A stretch of 64,000 bases of DNA from Phoronis australis (lineage: Eukaryota; Animalia; Phoronida). Below, in pieces: positions 10,830 to 22,983 of the stretch. The notes below the pieces were generated by a model. It saw nothing but the letters and a program-made list of their open reading frames with translations, was not told where the DNA came from and did no database searches. Made by a program: the position numbers and the translations under genes. The stretch spans positions 62,001 through 126,000 of the forward strand of contig NMRA01000775.1 in NCBI GenBank assembly GCA_002633005.1, in the 5' to 3' direction. How positions within the stretch are numbered: position 1 is the first letter of the stretch; each line of letters begins with the position of its first letter.

Positions 10830-13300
10830 ATGACCTTAAGATAGTCTCGATGAATTGCAAGGGTCTACAAGATTGTGCGAAACGCAGGGACCTTTTTAAT
10901 TATTTGAGAAACAAGAATTTATTTATTGTCTACAAGACACTCACTTCACGCATACCGATGAGGTAGTCGTTCGGGCAATGTGGGGTGATGAGTCATACTT
11001 GAGCTGTGATTCTTCTAATCCCAGAGGAGTCTGCGTCCTTTTTAATAACAACTTTGAATATGAAATTAAATCAACCAGCCACGATGCAGATGGCAATTTT
11101 CTATTGGTGAACTTCACAATTGAGAAGAAAATACAAATATCTCTGATTAACATACATGAGCCAAATCGTGATACCCCAAGTTCTTACAAAACAATTGGTG
11201 ATATTCTATCAGAGACAAATACGAATCATACAATAATATGTTGAGATTGGAACTTGGTTCAGAACTTTGACATTGACTGTTTACATTGCGTGCGCTTTCA
11301 CAATCCACAGGCCAAAAACGAAATGATTAATCTATCTTTTAGATTCAATTTAGTAGATCCCTGTGTCCCGTTGCATGAAACTGTCCCAAATAGGGTCTCA
11401 ACTAATTTCCCTTAACCTACTGCGTAATTTTGAACTTGTGCAAACACCGATTGTCCTTTCTTATGCTGTTTTAGTTTCATTACTAAGTCAATTTTTGGTT
11501 TTGTTACAAATTGAGAGTGAACTTGACGGTGAATTCTTATATTATCGAAAATAAAAGGATCTTCTCATGCAACGCCCCTAACTTAAGGACTAAGTTCCTA
11601 TTTATTTTCATTGAATTCAGGGCTCAGTTTTTAGTTATTTTATTAGAAAATTTCATTAGTCAAAGAAGAGTTCATAATAACGATGAAATTATAGAAAAAG
11701 ATTACTTCTGTGGGTAAACAAAGATTTAGGGAACTTAGTTGAGTCCTTATTTGGGACTGTTTCATGCAACCAGGCACTGGCGACTTCATCATCCTCCTAA
11801 AATTTACCGCCCTTGGAATCCACTTTCATATTAGTTTAAGACAAATGTTATCTAATAACTATGATGACAAAATTCGTGAAAGCAGGTCAACGTTAACAAA
11901 GTGGTCCAAAAGGTCGGTAACACCTTTTGGCAAAATAACTGTTATTAAATACTTTGTCCTGCCAAAATTGGTCCATCTCTTGACAACATTGCCCTCTCCG
12001 TTAGACGACACAATTGAATTTCTAGATAAACTATTTTACAGTTTCATCCGGGACAATAAACATGGCAAACGTAAGAGAACTACCTTGATTCAAGAGTTTT
12101 CGTTGGGAGGGTGCATAATGGTTCATTTGAAGTCATTCATCAAACCCCTTGAAATTTCGTTGTTCAGAAGATTAATATTTGGTGATGAGAGGGTCTTGAA
12201 GAAAAATTTAATTTTTACGAAAGTATTACTTTCACGTAACGTGTTTCATTTTTGTGAGGTCTATTATCGTTCTCTCGCTTCTTCGGTTAAGAATGAGTTT
12301 TGGGAAGTTTTTCTGAATGTTGGAGAATTGGTTGGCATTTTCACGGTTAGCACGACAATGACTCTCCCTACGAGCCAATCTGGTTTCATCCCAAAATCTC
12401 AGTTGACAAGAAATACATATTTTATGAAGGTTGGTATGCCAAGGGCATTGTATATTTTTACGATTTGTTAGATTCTTATGATAGTTTGTTGTTTTACGAA
12501 GACTTTTGTAGTTATTGTGGATTTTCTCCACCATTCGCTGTATTCATGAGCGTGTGATGTATTGTTTGTACGTTACTTAAACATGGGAATTCGTCCAAAA
12601 TCATTCTTCCTCACCGCCCAGAGTTTATTACCATTTTACTTAACGTATGTAAAAACGAGAGCAGTGTGTATAATAATTTTGTTTCTTGCTTATACAAAAA
12701 AAAAACAAAATTTCAAAGTAAATGGGAAAACTGTCTTAATAGATAACTTTCATGTGAATGGTGGAGAGTTGTCTATAGATTAAATTCTTCGTTCACTAAA
12801 GACATGAATCTCAAATGGCTCCAAATACGACTTACTCACAAAATTCCTAGAACAAATTGTTTCTTGTTTAAAATAGGTATACATGTAGTTAACTCACCAC
12901 ACTGTACACTGTATGGAAAAGACCTCGAGAATCTTTGCCATGTATTTTGGGAGTGTCAAGTAAGATGTCTATGGTCAAGTTATTCAGAATTTTGGGAAAG
13001 TTAAGTACAATTAATTTGCAGCCAAAAGAGGAATAATTGTTATTAGCTTGAGTTTGGCAGGCATTACCTTAGGGAAAGTGGGGGCCAAACATGTGACCAA
13101 TCTCCTTATTTGCTTTGTAAAACGTCACACATGTATATTTGGCGCTAGGTTAAAGTCCAGACCTCCCTGCTTGTAATGCATGAAAATGAAATTTTTGTAT
13201 ATCATGACGAACAAAAGCTAATTTACTATAAGAGCTATGAATTATGAGCACTTTAGAAAATGATGAATCCCTGTAGAAGGAATTTTTGTCTAACAATCTA
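10830..13300 (+). mobile_element. Decayed non-LTR retrotransposon (L1/Tx1-type ORF2 relic: APE endonuclease plus post-RT region and C-terminal CCHC); RT core missing
   Basis: LKIVSMNCKGLQDCAKRRDLFNYL, CLQDTHF, RGVCVLF, DADGNFL and IIC*DWNL (endonuclease, 10830-11360). WSKRSVTPFGKITVIKYFVLPKL (about 11900). KWLQIRLTHKI...SPHCTLY...ENLCHVFWEC (12804-12960). Frameshifts and stops throughout; 3' boundary approximate. Confidence 0.9.
11363..11777. mobile_element. MITE with about 45-bp terminal inverted repeats, inserted in the LINE
   Basis: gttgcatgaaactgtcccaaatagggtctcaactaatttccc at the left end is the reverse complement, with few mismatches, of gggaacttagttgagtccttatttgggactgtttcatgcaac at the right end. 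Confidence 0.85.
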
Positions 13301-13464
13301 ATACAGCGTAATTACACTTGTGACTATAGTCGATTCCGGTGTGAATGAGGTGTGAATGGTATTAAAATACGCTTCTGTATTTACATCCCGGCTGCAGGGG
13401 GTAATATTTATAGCATGCATCACATTGTTTTTCTGCAATTTACGGTTGCGAATATAATGAACTT

Positions 13465-15657
13465 ATTAAAACGAGAGCGCTCGGAGGAGCGACACTTGGC
13501 GAAATTACGCGAAAACAGGATGATGGGGACGACGACGACGGCCATCATGACGATGAAGGCGGAGATTATGAACAACACGATAACATTCATACGACGAACT
13601 TAGATGCCATAAATTAGAAAGAAATAAGCAACAGTCTTGTTCAAATAAACTAAACTAACATCAATNGAAGTAAGAGAGCCCAACAAAGGAACAGCGCTAT
13701 CAGAAAATCCCAAATAATTCGAAAAATGGAAAACATCTTCTGAAAGCCCGTTACAAACTCTATCTAAATTAATAATTTTTCAACATTTCATAATTTTTTC
13801 GAAAAAATTGAAATTTTGCGTTTTTTTTGAAATTCAAAGTCAAATAATTCGAAAACAGTAAGTCTGAGAAAAACGTTATCGCACAACTTTTGAAAGAGCA
13901 TACTTCAAGGAATCCACATGCAAAAATTCACGTCATTTGCTTTTCCCGTTAAAAATGCGACAGTAGAACGATTGAAAACGGGTGATAATGCGCCAGAGCC
14001 GCCATCTTGATAGTGACTTCCGGTTAAACAAAATTTTATAAAAGCTGATCAATTGCAAGAAACACGTGACCAGTTTGAAAGTGATTGGTTCGCCAATGCG
14101 CCCTCTACAGGAGAAAACGTTTTTGGCCAGATATCGAGGTGCGCATGCGCCATCGTCAATATTTCGGCCATCTTTCACCGAAAGTCAACGTTTTTCAGCA
14201 CAGTTGTAGCACATGTGTTTTATAATAAACGTACCAAGTTTCAGCTCTGTACGTCAAAAAATGCGGCCTCTATGAAGTTTTGAATGAGAAATCGGAAACA
14301 AAATGGCCGCCACGTCAGCCATTTTGAATCCGATCATTACCAAAAACAATAGCTTTCCAGTACTTCCCGATCTACACGTCGTGTGCAAATTTCGCGAAAA
14401 TCGAGCAAAAAAATTGCAACCTGTAGAGAGCGAACAAACAAATGAAAGCGCTCCGAGGAGCGAACCTTGGCGAAATTAACCAAAAAGATGACGATAAAGA
14501 TGATGACGAAGATGACGAATATGACGACGATGGTGGCGAGGTTGAACAAAAGAAGTAATAACAACATACACATGACGAACGTTGAAGTCCGAAATCAGTA
14601 AGAAAAAGTCTACAGTTTTGAGCGACACTTGGCGAAATCAACGGAAAAGACATGACGACGGAGATGATGACGAATATGATGATGGTGGTGGCGATGATGA
14701 ACAACATCACAACATTCATATGACGAACTTAGATGTCATAAATCAATAAGAAATAGGCTACAGTCTAGTTCAATAGAAGATAAACCAAAATCAATGCAGC
14801 AAGAGCGCTCAACAAAGGAACAGCGTTATCAGATAATCTCAAATAACTCAAAAAGTAGACGTCCTAGCGAAAAATGGAAAACATCTTCTGAAAGCCCGTT
14901 CAAAATTTTATCTAAACTGATGGTATCGCTTAATTCCGTAAATTTTTCGAAAAAAATGAAATTTTGCGTTTTTTTAAAGAAATTCAAAGTCAAATAACTC
15001 AAAAACGATAAGTCTGAGAAAAAAATGTTACAGGCCATTTGAAAAAATATACTTCAAAGAATCCCGTAAAAACGCACTTCAGTACGACTGAAAATGCGTC
15101 AACATGCGCCAGATCCGCCATCTTGAAAGCAACTTCCGGTTTTTTGGCTTTGTATAATAGCATGTCATAAGAAACTAAGACCTGTAAAAATTCGAAGGAA
15201 TTGGTCTTATAATGCGCCCTGTTCAGGAGAAAACGTTTTTAGGCCAAAATCGAGGTGCGCATGCGCGATCGCCGATATTTCCGCCATCTTTAACCGGAAG
15301 TAAACAATTTCCAGTATACTTGTAGAAAACTTCCGGTCCATTTACTGTGCCGATTCTTAGCCTTTTACGTAAAAAATTGTAGCCTCCAGAAGCATTTGAA
15401 CCTTTAAATGAAAACAAAATGGCCGCCACAGCCGTCATTTTGGATCCGATTTTGACGAAAAACAATAAGCTTCCAGTACTTTTGGAAGCACGTGTTATGT
15501 GTAAATTTCGTGATGATCGGACGAAAATTGCGACCTGTATCGTGCAAAGAAACAAAAAAAAAACAAACTTAGTGGAAGAGCAATATACTTGGCGAAATAT
15601 ATTTCGCCAAGTAAAAAAATTGTCAGACCAACATACTTGGCGAAATTTCGCCAAGTA
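13465..15657 (+). mobile_element. HINE/Helentron-like non-autonomous element: two about 1-kb tandem units, GAT/GAC microsatellite, terminal palindromes
   Basis: 13465-14445 and 14445-15560 are homologous (aaaatggaaaacatcttctgaaagcccgtt, aaaatggccgcc). Ends with perfect palindromes at 15586-15613 and 15634-15657. Family assignment is inferred. Confidence 0.65.
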
Positions 15658-15659
15658 AT

Positions 15660-15796
15660 AACAGTCCTTCGTTCATTTGCCAAAACCGGCCATTCTACTG
15701 ACCATTTTACATTGCTCGCTCCAGAAGATATGACGTCATATTCCGTGGTGTAAAAATGGTCAATTGCTCATTCGGGCAACTGACCGAAGGACTGTT
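15660..15796. mobile_element. Small hairpin MITE (about 137 bp)
   Basis: aacagtccttcg / cgaaggactgtt ends, tgaccattttaca / tgtaaaaatggtca inner arms, central atatgacgtcatat. Confidence 0.75.
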
Positions 15797-18700
15797 CAAA
15801 AAGTTTGATTAATGGAGCATTTGTTTGAGTTGGAAGGAATTTAAGACATCAACGAGATGCTCCTCTATGCGCAAAAGGTGCTTATAGCAGCGTGATTTTG
15901 ATGGTTTAATCAGTGAGGCATAGTTTGCTGAAATGCTTCCGGCATATGGAGGTCCAATGGGATGGCCACGGTCTCTACTTAACCCAGTTGAGACGCTGGT
16001 GCTGTTTACGGCAGTACTAGAGCAAACAAAAACACCCTTCTGCCCAGATGAACCTCGCGCGAAAGGCCTAGACTAATGGTACTGTATCTATTATTTGATC
16101 GCCTAAGAAAGCACCTTTGGTTTACGTTGATCAGTTTGCGAAACAACTGATATTGATTTTTATACGGAAGGCAAAATCTTTAAACAATAATCGCATATTG
16201 GCATGTATTGGATCAGTCATACTTAAACTATTTAGAAAAACTTAAACTCAATACTTGACGTAATTGTCTAGAAGCACGAAAGTCGTTAAAGATTAATCAT
16301 GCTACCATATGCTCTATGAAAAATCCACAAAAACCTTTACACACGTCTCTCAGTCATGTGGCAAATGAAGAAAGCATTACAAATAAGTCTAGTTCAATAA
16401 TATTTCTCTAGTCTTCTTGCCACAAAAACTGCAGTAAATTAACTCACCTCCTGCTTTTTCAAAGCTAAGAAACATATTTCGGGTTTTTATAATGCAGCTG
16501 TACCATCACAACTTAAGAATTGAAACTCAGTGGTAGATTAGAGAGCTGTGTCCACAGCACTGTCTCCTAATTCAGTTTTTTGAGTTGAACACGAAATAAC
16601 AACACTAGTTTGAGTTCAAGATCGAATATTTTGTGCCCAGAAAAACAATAATGTTCATTCGAGGGTATTGGAAGTCCTTTGAACATTTGTATTGAAAGGC
16701 ATTGTAAGGATCGTAAATGATAAACGTGAGCAAGAAGCGCCTGAAAGGTGAGAAATGATCGTGCTCAAGCTGTATAGCAAATCTCAGTAGTCTTCTAGCG
16801 GCATTTTGAAATTCCTCGCATTTTCTGAAATTTTTATAACATTTACTCAATTCTTGGTCACGCTGTTTCGTTTTGGATAACCTTGATGGGCTAAGTTATG
16901 GATCGTCGGGGTTTATAAAACCCCTTGGTATTAATTTTCTATTTCATTCTATTTCATAAAGGAAAAGAATTACCATATTTAAAATTATGCATTTCCATAA
17001 AATCCGACTTTTAAATTTGGGAAACTGGGCATTCTTTAAAACATATTTGAAAACGACGACACCAGACTGCATTTCCATCGAGTGGGACACAGCAACTACT
17101 TTTTTCTGAGTTTGAATCATTTTTTTTGTTCACATAAAATACAAATATTCTTTTCACAAATTTCTATATTTATCGTAGTCACCTTATGCTGGAACTATCA
17201 TTGCGAGAATATATTATTGGATGAAGAGACTGAATCTATGGCGTGCAGTCCATGCAAGCTCCCGGGAGGGGATCGGTGGGTCTTGAACGAGCCTCCCAAT
17301 TCGGCGGGCAAAAAGGTCCGCCTCAGAGAAACAAAAACTCCAAAAAATGCAGAAAACGAGAAAAAAATCCACTGAAAAGGCAGGAACTACCAAAATTTGA
17401 CGAATGCACAATTCATAGCTGTGAACGTACCTCTCGACTCTTAGTTAACGGTCCACATTCTCAAAAATTCGAGCCCCCTCATTTTTAGGCACGTGTATGC
17501 AGTCGTGCTGTAAGCAAAAACAAATTGTTGTGTTTGGGTGATATTGCGAGCATTTGGCATGGTGACCACACTGAGACGCCTTTATCATGCGGGTTATGAT
17601 GTAAGTTACGTCTGTTGAGATTGTAATAACATGTTTCTTGTGTTCTGCTGATTTATTTACTCCGATTAACCTCATCTTTCATTGACCAAGACGGCAGAAC
17701 ACGCTGATGCTAGGCAAGGCTGGATACTAGACTAAACAGGGACAAGAAGTGGGATTTTTGTTGCTTTAACGTGAACAATCAAGTTTGCATACTGGTAAAT
17801 TTACTTATTGGTTACTTTATCGTAACACTGTAATTAAGGGTGTGTAAAAATATTAGTATCCCCACTTAATTAATATCATATGATAGTGAATACGTCTGAA
17901 CTACTCAGAACTTTCTCGTTTGAATGGTGCTTGGTTATGTACAATGTTCATCAATTATTACGGCGAAAGCGTAATGCCGTGTTTGTCTACATTAAAACAA
18001 CACGCGTCACTGACTTTAAATTATAGGCAATGGATATAAACTTCATTAGTGTCAGTCGTAATAGTCGTTTAACGGACAATTATGGTTGCGTATAATTATT
18101 TATCAAGTGATTAATAATGTTTCGCCGAAGAAAAAGTAAATACAGTAATTGCACGTGTCTAGATTGCAATTATGACTCATCTTATGGGAAGACGTGCAAA
18201 AGGGTGGCGCCATGTGAACGAGCGCGGCAATGCTTCCTACTGCACTGATTATACAGTACGATGATAAACGATTTCGCTTGCATCCGGTCTCTTTCATCTC
18301 TGAGACAGCGCTTGGGACGAACGTAACCTTTCCGGACATATGTCGATCATAATGAATTTATAATTTTTGTTTTAAAAACACTGTCAAATTACAAATAATT
18401 ATACAGTTAACCGTTATGGCCATAGAAACTGAAACTACACAATTTGCTGTTTGAGTGGCTTATTTGATTTATTGTGGGTGCCCTTGAAATGCTCGTAAAT
18501 ATTATCCGAAACGCAGTAACAAAATGGTTTAACTGGCGCAAACGGGGTTTCCGTATTTCAAGAATCCCATCGTGTCTTTGCAATGCATAAAAGTCGGGCA
18601 AATTCAAGAGTGAAACAAAACTTGTCTAGTTCTGCCCATGATATTCACCAAGAGAATCGACCTGAATAGTTAATCTGAATTGAGTTACGATACAATCTCA

Positions 18701-20829
18701 ACAATCGAGTTCACATTTTAGCGGACAAGTGAAATTTCATTTCTCGTTTTCTGCAGAAAATACGCAGCACCAAGCTTTGTCATGTTTAAGTTCTGAGCAA
18801 AATACTTAACCAAAGAAATTTAAGAAGCCCTTGAAAAATGAAAAAAAAAGTTTGACAATTATTTTTTCCGGAAATGGTGAGATTTTACAGTAACAGAACC
18901 CAGGGAACTCATGTAGTCTACTACTAAAACAGACGCATACGCGACCAAATTCCTTTGAAAGGGTACCTTTCCCAACAATTCCCAACAAAAGTGTTCCATT
19001 TTGGCAAAATTCCCTACAATAAGGCACCTTCTCTCTTCTAAATTTGCCTGAATCGATACTTTCTTGTTGGATGTATTACATTTGTCTCTGTCTGTCTTTA
19101 AATGTATAAGTGTATGACGCATGCATCCGAAAGTACGGAATTACATCATAAGAACAACTGCGGCCTTCCGGCAACCCTAACACTTCCAGTGTAATTAATA
19201 AAACGCACCAAGGCGCGTCGCGTGGTAGTACTCTAACTTCTCCCAACCGGATAAGGCAACAGCAACAATTAGACATTAGTTCTGTCTTCCAGAAAACATG
19301 AATAACGTGGGGGACCTGATGATGAAACAACTCCTTTGATAAATTGTTCCTATGGTGATAGAACGTGACCCTGATTTCCATTCATTAACCCCGCAACTAT
19401 ACTACACTTATCACCATGCCGGATGTGGAATTTTCATAAGTAAGCAGATAGAATGTCTGATTAGAAGGACACTGTGAGATTAGCAGATTAACCATCGCTG
19501 CCAGTCTTAAGAGTCAAATACGGCGTAACATTAATGTGAACGGGTGGTAGGCAGGCCAATGAAAGCAATTCTAACGTATTCTCGAGCTCACAATTTTTGT
19601 TCACAGGTCTTTAATTTTATTTTCACAAGCGTTTTCCGTGAGTTTTACTGGGTTCGCCTTCCATAATGACAAAAAAGGCACTCGGGAGTCACTTCCCGCG
19701 GAAACCGAGAAATCTGTCATATAATTCAACATTTTAGCATCTTCAGTAGCTGCCGTTTTGTGTGTTTAAATAATGCTCAACGACATCTCGCGTTCTCGCG
19801 AAGTTTTTGTTATTGACTGCAATTACTAACAAACATTTTTGGCTGCATTTGCTGAAATTTTTCATTTCAGGAAACCGGCTAACAAAAGCGCCCACAGAAA
19901 TTAAAAATATTGCTCTAAAATAATAGCCATTCGCCTGTTTACGTAGTGGCGCGTTGGCAAGGAAATTTCCAAGTAAAACAAGATAACAATGGAAGAGGAC
20001 ACAACTTAATCAATAAGGACTGTCTTGTTTTTGTGACTCCTACTGGTAATGTAATGGAGTGAGTTTTTTTTTTTTGGGGGGGGGCACAGACATAAACACA
20101 ATTAACGGAAGCCTCCCTCAGTAATCCAAGGCTCCGTTTTACTCATCAATGTTGCGACACCCAACAATTTTCCGCCAAGGATATTAAAGGAGCATAGTAC
20201 AGTTCACTGCGTTATCCTGTCAACCCTGACACGATTCTATTCCCGTTATCAACAAGAACATTGAAACCATCGGCGAGCCCCAAAACACCCTTCAGAGCTT
20301 ATTTTAATAGACCAACCCAAAATTGCAAAAATGGCACATGTGCGCATTGCCTGTGAGTTGAGTTGCCGGCTCTTTCGGCAACAATTTTTGATCGGATCAT
20401 TATTTTTAAACCCCAAAGAGTTTCGGTAAACAATTTTACATCGACGCTGCTAATTTAAACAGCGACGAGATGTCCCTTTAAGTGATCCACCTTAATTTCT
20501 TGACATAAATATTAGTCAATTATATTTTCTCGATTTGGTATCAATGCACTCAATTTTCATTATTTTTTTCAGATCAACTTGGCATTAGTTTTATCCGCAC
20601 AAGCGTATTAGGCGATGGGTTGCCACCAGATTCGGGAAAAAATTAAAAGAAAATTCGTGCAAAACAAAAAAATCAGCCACTGGAGGAGCGTTCAATGAAT
20701 ACAAAAAAAAAACGACGGGAAGAGAACAGAAGTGAAGTTGGTGGCGACCTGATTTGGAAAAGTCTGCACAATTAACGTAATCCACCCTCCTATCTAGTGT
20801 CTGCGTGGGGATTTGCCGAGCCATTCCGT

Positions 20830-21490
20830 CAGCCCACAGCTCTTAGCATAGATGAACGAGGTACCAACATCTAAAAATACGAGCACTTAAGGTCCACCTC
20901 AGTATATAAGGAAATGAGCGTCTGCCGTTGTCTGCACTCCGGGTGTGACTCCAGGTGATCTTTCAAGGGGGCGAACCAATGAGCTACAGTGTACATTTGA
21001 TAATCGAAGTAACGGCCAAAACTGATTTAAAACGGAGAACAGTGCCGCACTGAACACCAAATGACCCATGACAGACAAACTGCACTGTGGTAAGGGTCCG
21101 CCAGCAACCCAAAAAGGACCCCCTGGAAACGAGCTAGCTCATACATTTGAGGTACCAAAAAAACACAATTCCATATAATTCATTAAATGTCACTGATCAA
21201 TAAATGCCCCATAACAGACAAAATACAATCTGGGTAGTGCCTGCTGCGGACACATTCCACAGTGCAATTTGTCTGTCGTGAGTCATTCGTGAGTTCAGTG
21301 TAGTACTATTGTCCGTTTTAAATCAGTTTTGGCCTCGAATCTTTTTGGACCTCTTGTAAGGTCCCCAGAGATCATACCCAGAGTGCACACAACGGCAGAC
21401 GTCCATTTCCGTATATACTGAGGAGGGCACTAAGCGTTCCTATGGTCAAATGTTGGTACCTCGTTCATATATGCTATTTGCTGTGGGTTG
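20830..21490. mobile_element. Foldback MITE with about 280-bp inverted arms
   Basis: cccacagc...tagcatagatgaacgaggtaccaacat vs atgttggtacctcgttcatatatgcta...gctgtggg; ggccaaaactgatttaaaacgga vs tccgttttaaatcagttttggcc. Confidence 0.85.
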
Positions 21491-22899
21491 CTGGTCTATT
21501 TTACCAGCAACAAAATGGCGTTTTTCTTTAGAAATGTTAATCACGAAAGTTTCTAATCAACAGTCATCGAAAACGCTAGCATTATTTGGTCACTGCTCAA
21601 AAATAGTCTAACCAGACTTTATTCAAGCCAGTTATTGACTGAAGAAGGTCCCTTACCATTTGAACATGGCTCCACCCCACCCCTGTTGTCCTCGCTCAAA
21701 CCATTGTTTGTTTGTGTGTGTAGAACAGCGAGTATACCTGTAAACTAGGAAGCATACCACCCAGTCTTCTACTACTTGTTATCACGGCACATTCTAAGTG
21801 TACTGTCACTGTTCGCTTTGCAAAGAGACTGCGTTTGGCAGCAGTGCTGTAGCGGTAAAAATAGAGGTAAGAAGGGCGCCCAAAGCCCACCGTATCACCT
21901 TGAGCACTGAACGTAACTTATGGTACGTAAGCGCTACCTTCAAATGCCAAAAAATGGTTGGATGCGCCAACGCCCCACTGCAGCATTGTTTGCCAGTGAC
22001 AAAATGGCTGCAGAGTCGGTAGAATATCTGTTTCTTTTTTCCGTCGCAAAATGGAAGTTTCATTGAAAACGCTCGTACAAATTGGTAGGAGCTACACCTA
22101 AGGTCATCAGGCTTTGCCCAAGTCACTTAATACGTGCGTAAAACAGGTACTGAACGGAGAAGCAGACCAACCAGTCTTCTGCCAGTTTAAAACAACGGGG
22201 TGATCATCAAGAAATTTTAAACTGGTTTCTACTGAAGGTTCCGTTTTAGCTTTTTCATCACGGTCAAGTGTCCATGTCCACCAAACAAAAGCCCATCCCA
22301 ACTCCAAATGCGGTGTTAAACGTGGTTTGAAATCATCATTGAAAATAAGAGCATTAGATAATATGTACATGATAATATTTGGAACTATTCATTCAAATTT
22401 AACAAATGTCTGATCGTGCTAATTTTTTACTGTTTGACTGGAAGCAAGATCTTGACGTATTTTTCAGACAATAGTGTATTACTTAAATGTTTGTGTCAGA
22501 ATATATATTTCACAACTGTTTTCTCTTCACAAGCTAGCATTATTATCAATTATTATCAATACCGAATTATTTTTCCTTTTCCCCTATCTTCCTCTTTTTG
22601 TTTAATTTCAAACTTAGTTAATTTCCAGAGTTGCATTGTTTGTGTTATTTATGTCTTATATTGCCTGTTATTAGAATGTTACGAGGCATAATTTCTCTGT
22701 ATTACATGAAAAACCAAAAGGTGTATTGATCTACCTAGTGGGTTATTCGCAAGAACTAAATATTTTTGACTAACGATGACAAGGCCTGAAACATGTGATT
22801 CACTCAAGACTCCTATCAGTTGCAAAAATTTCATTCGCAGAGGGTTGCTTCTGTAAATTTCCCCATGATTGACCACCTCTACATGTATATGACACCCAG

Positions 22900-22983
22900 T
22901 CACTCAAACATCCACTCACTCAAACATCCAAGCATCCACTCACTGAAACATCCACTCGCTCAAACATCCAATCAATCAAACAT
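22900..22983 (+). repeat. Low-complexity (CACT/CAAA/CATC)n repeat
   Basis: cactcaaacatc units repeated. Confidence 0.75.

Noticed and set aside
14337-14719. Hydrophobic or Ser-rich ORFs
   Set aside because: Translations of the GAT/GAC microsatellite within a repeat element.
19076-19381. GT32 glycosyltransferase-like start (VPHVIHVFWKT)
   Set aside because: Only a short motif resemblance; no DxD/GGxYxD motif or further exons found.
20591-20824. Another THAP-like fragment
   Set aside because: Resemblance needs a frameshift and lacks the diagnostic Cys/His pattern.
21638-21670. Hammerhead core CTGAAGA
   Set aside because: No downstream GAAAC or closing stems. Other isolated CTGANGA hits (for example near 4093, 41088, 53697) were rejected for the same reason.
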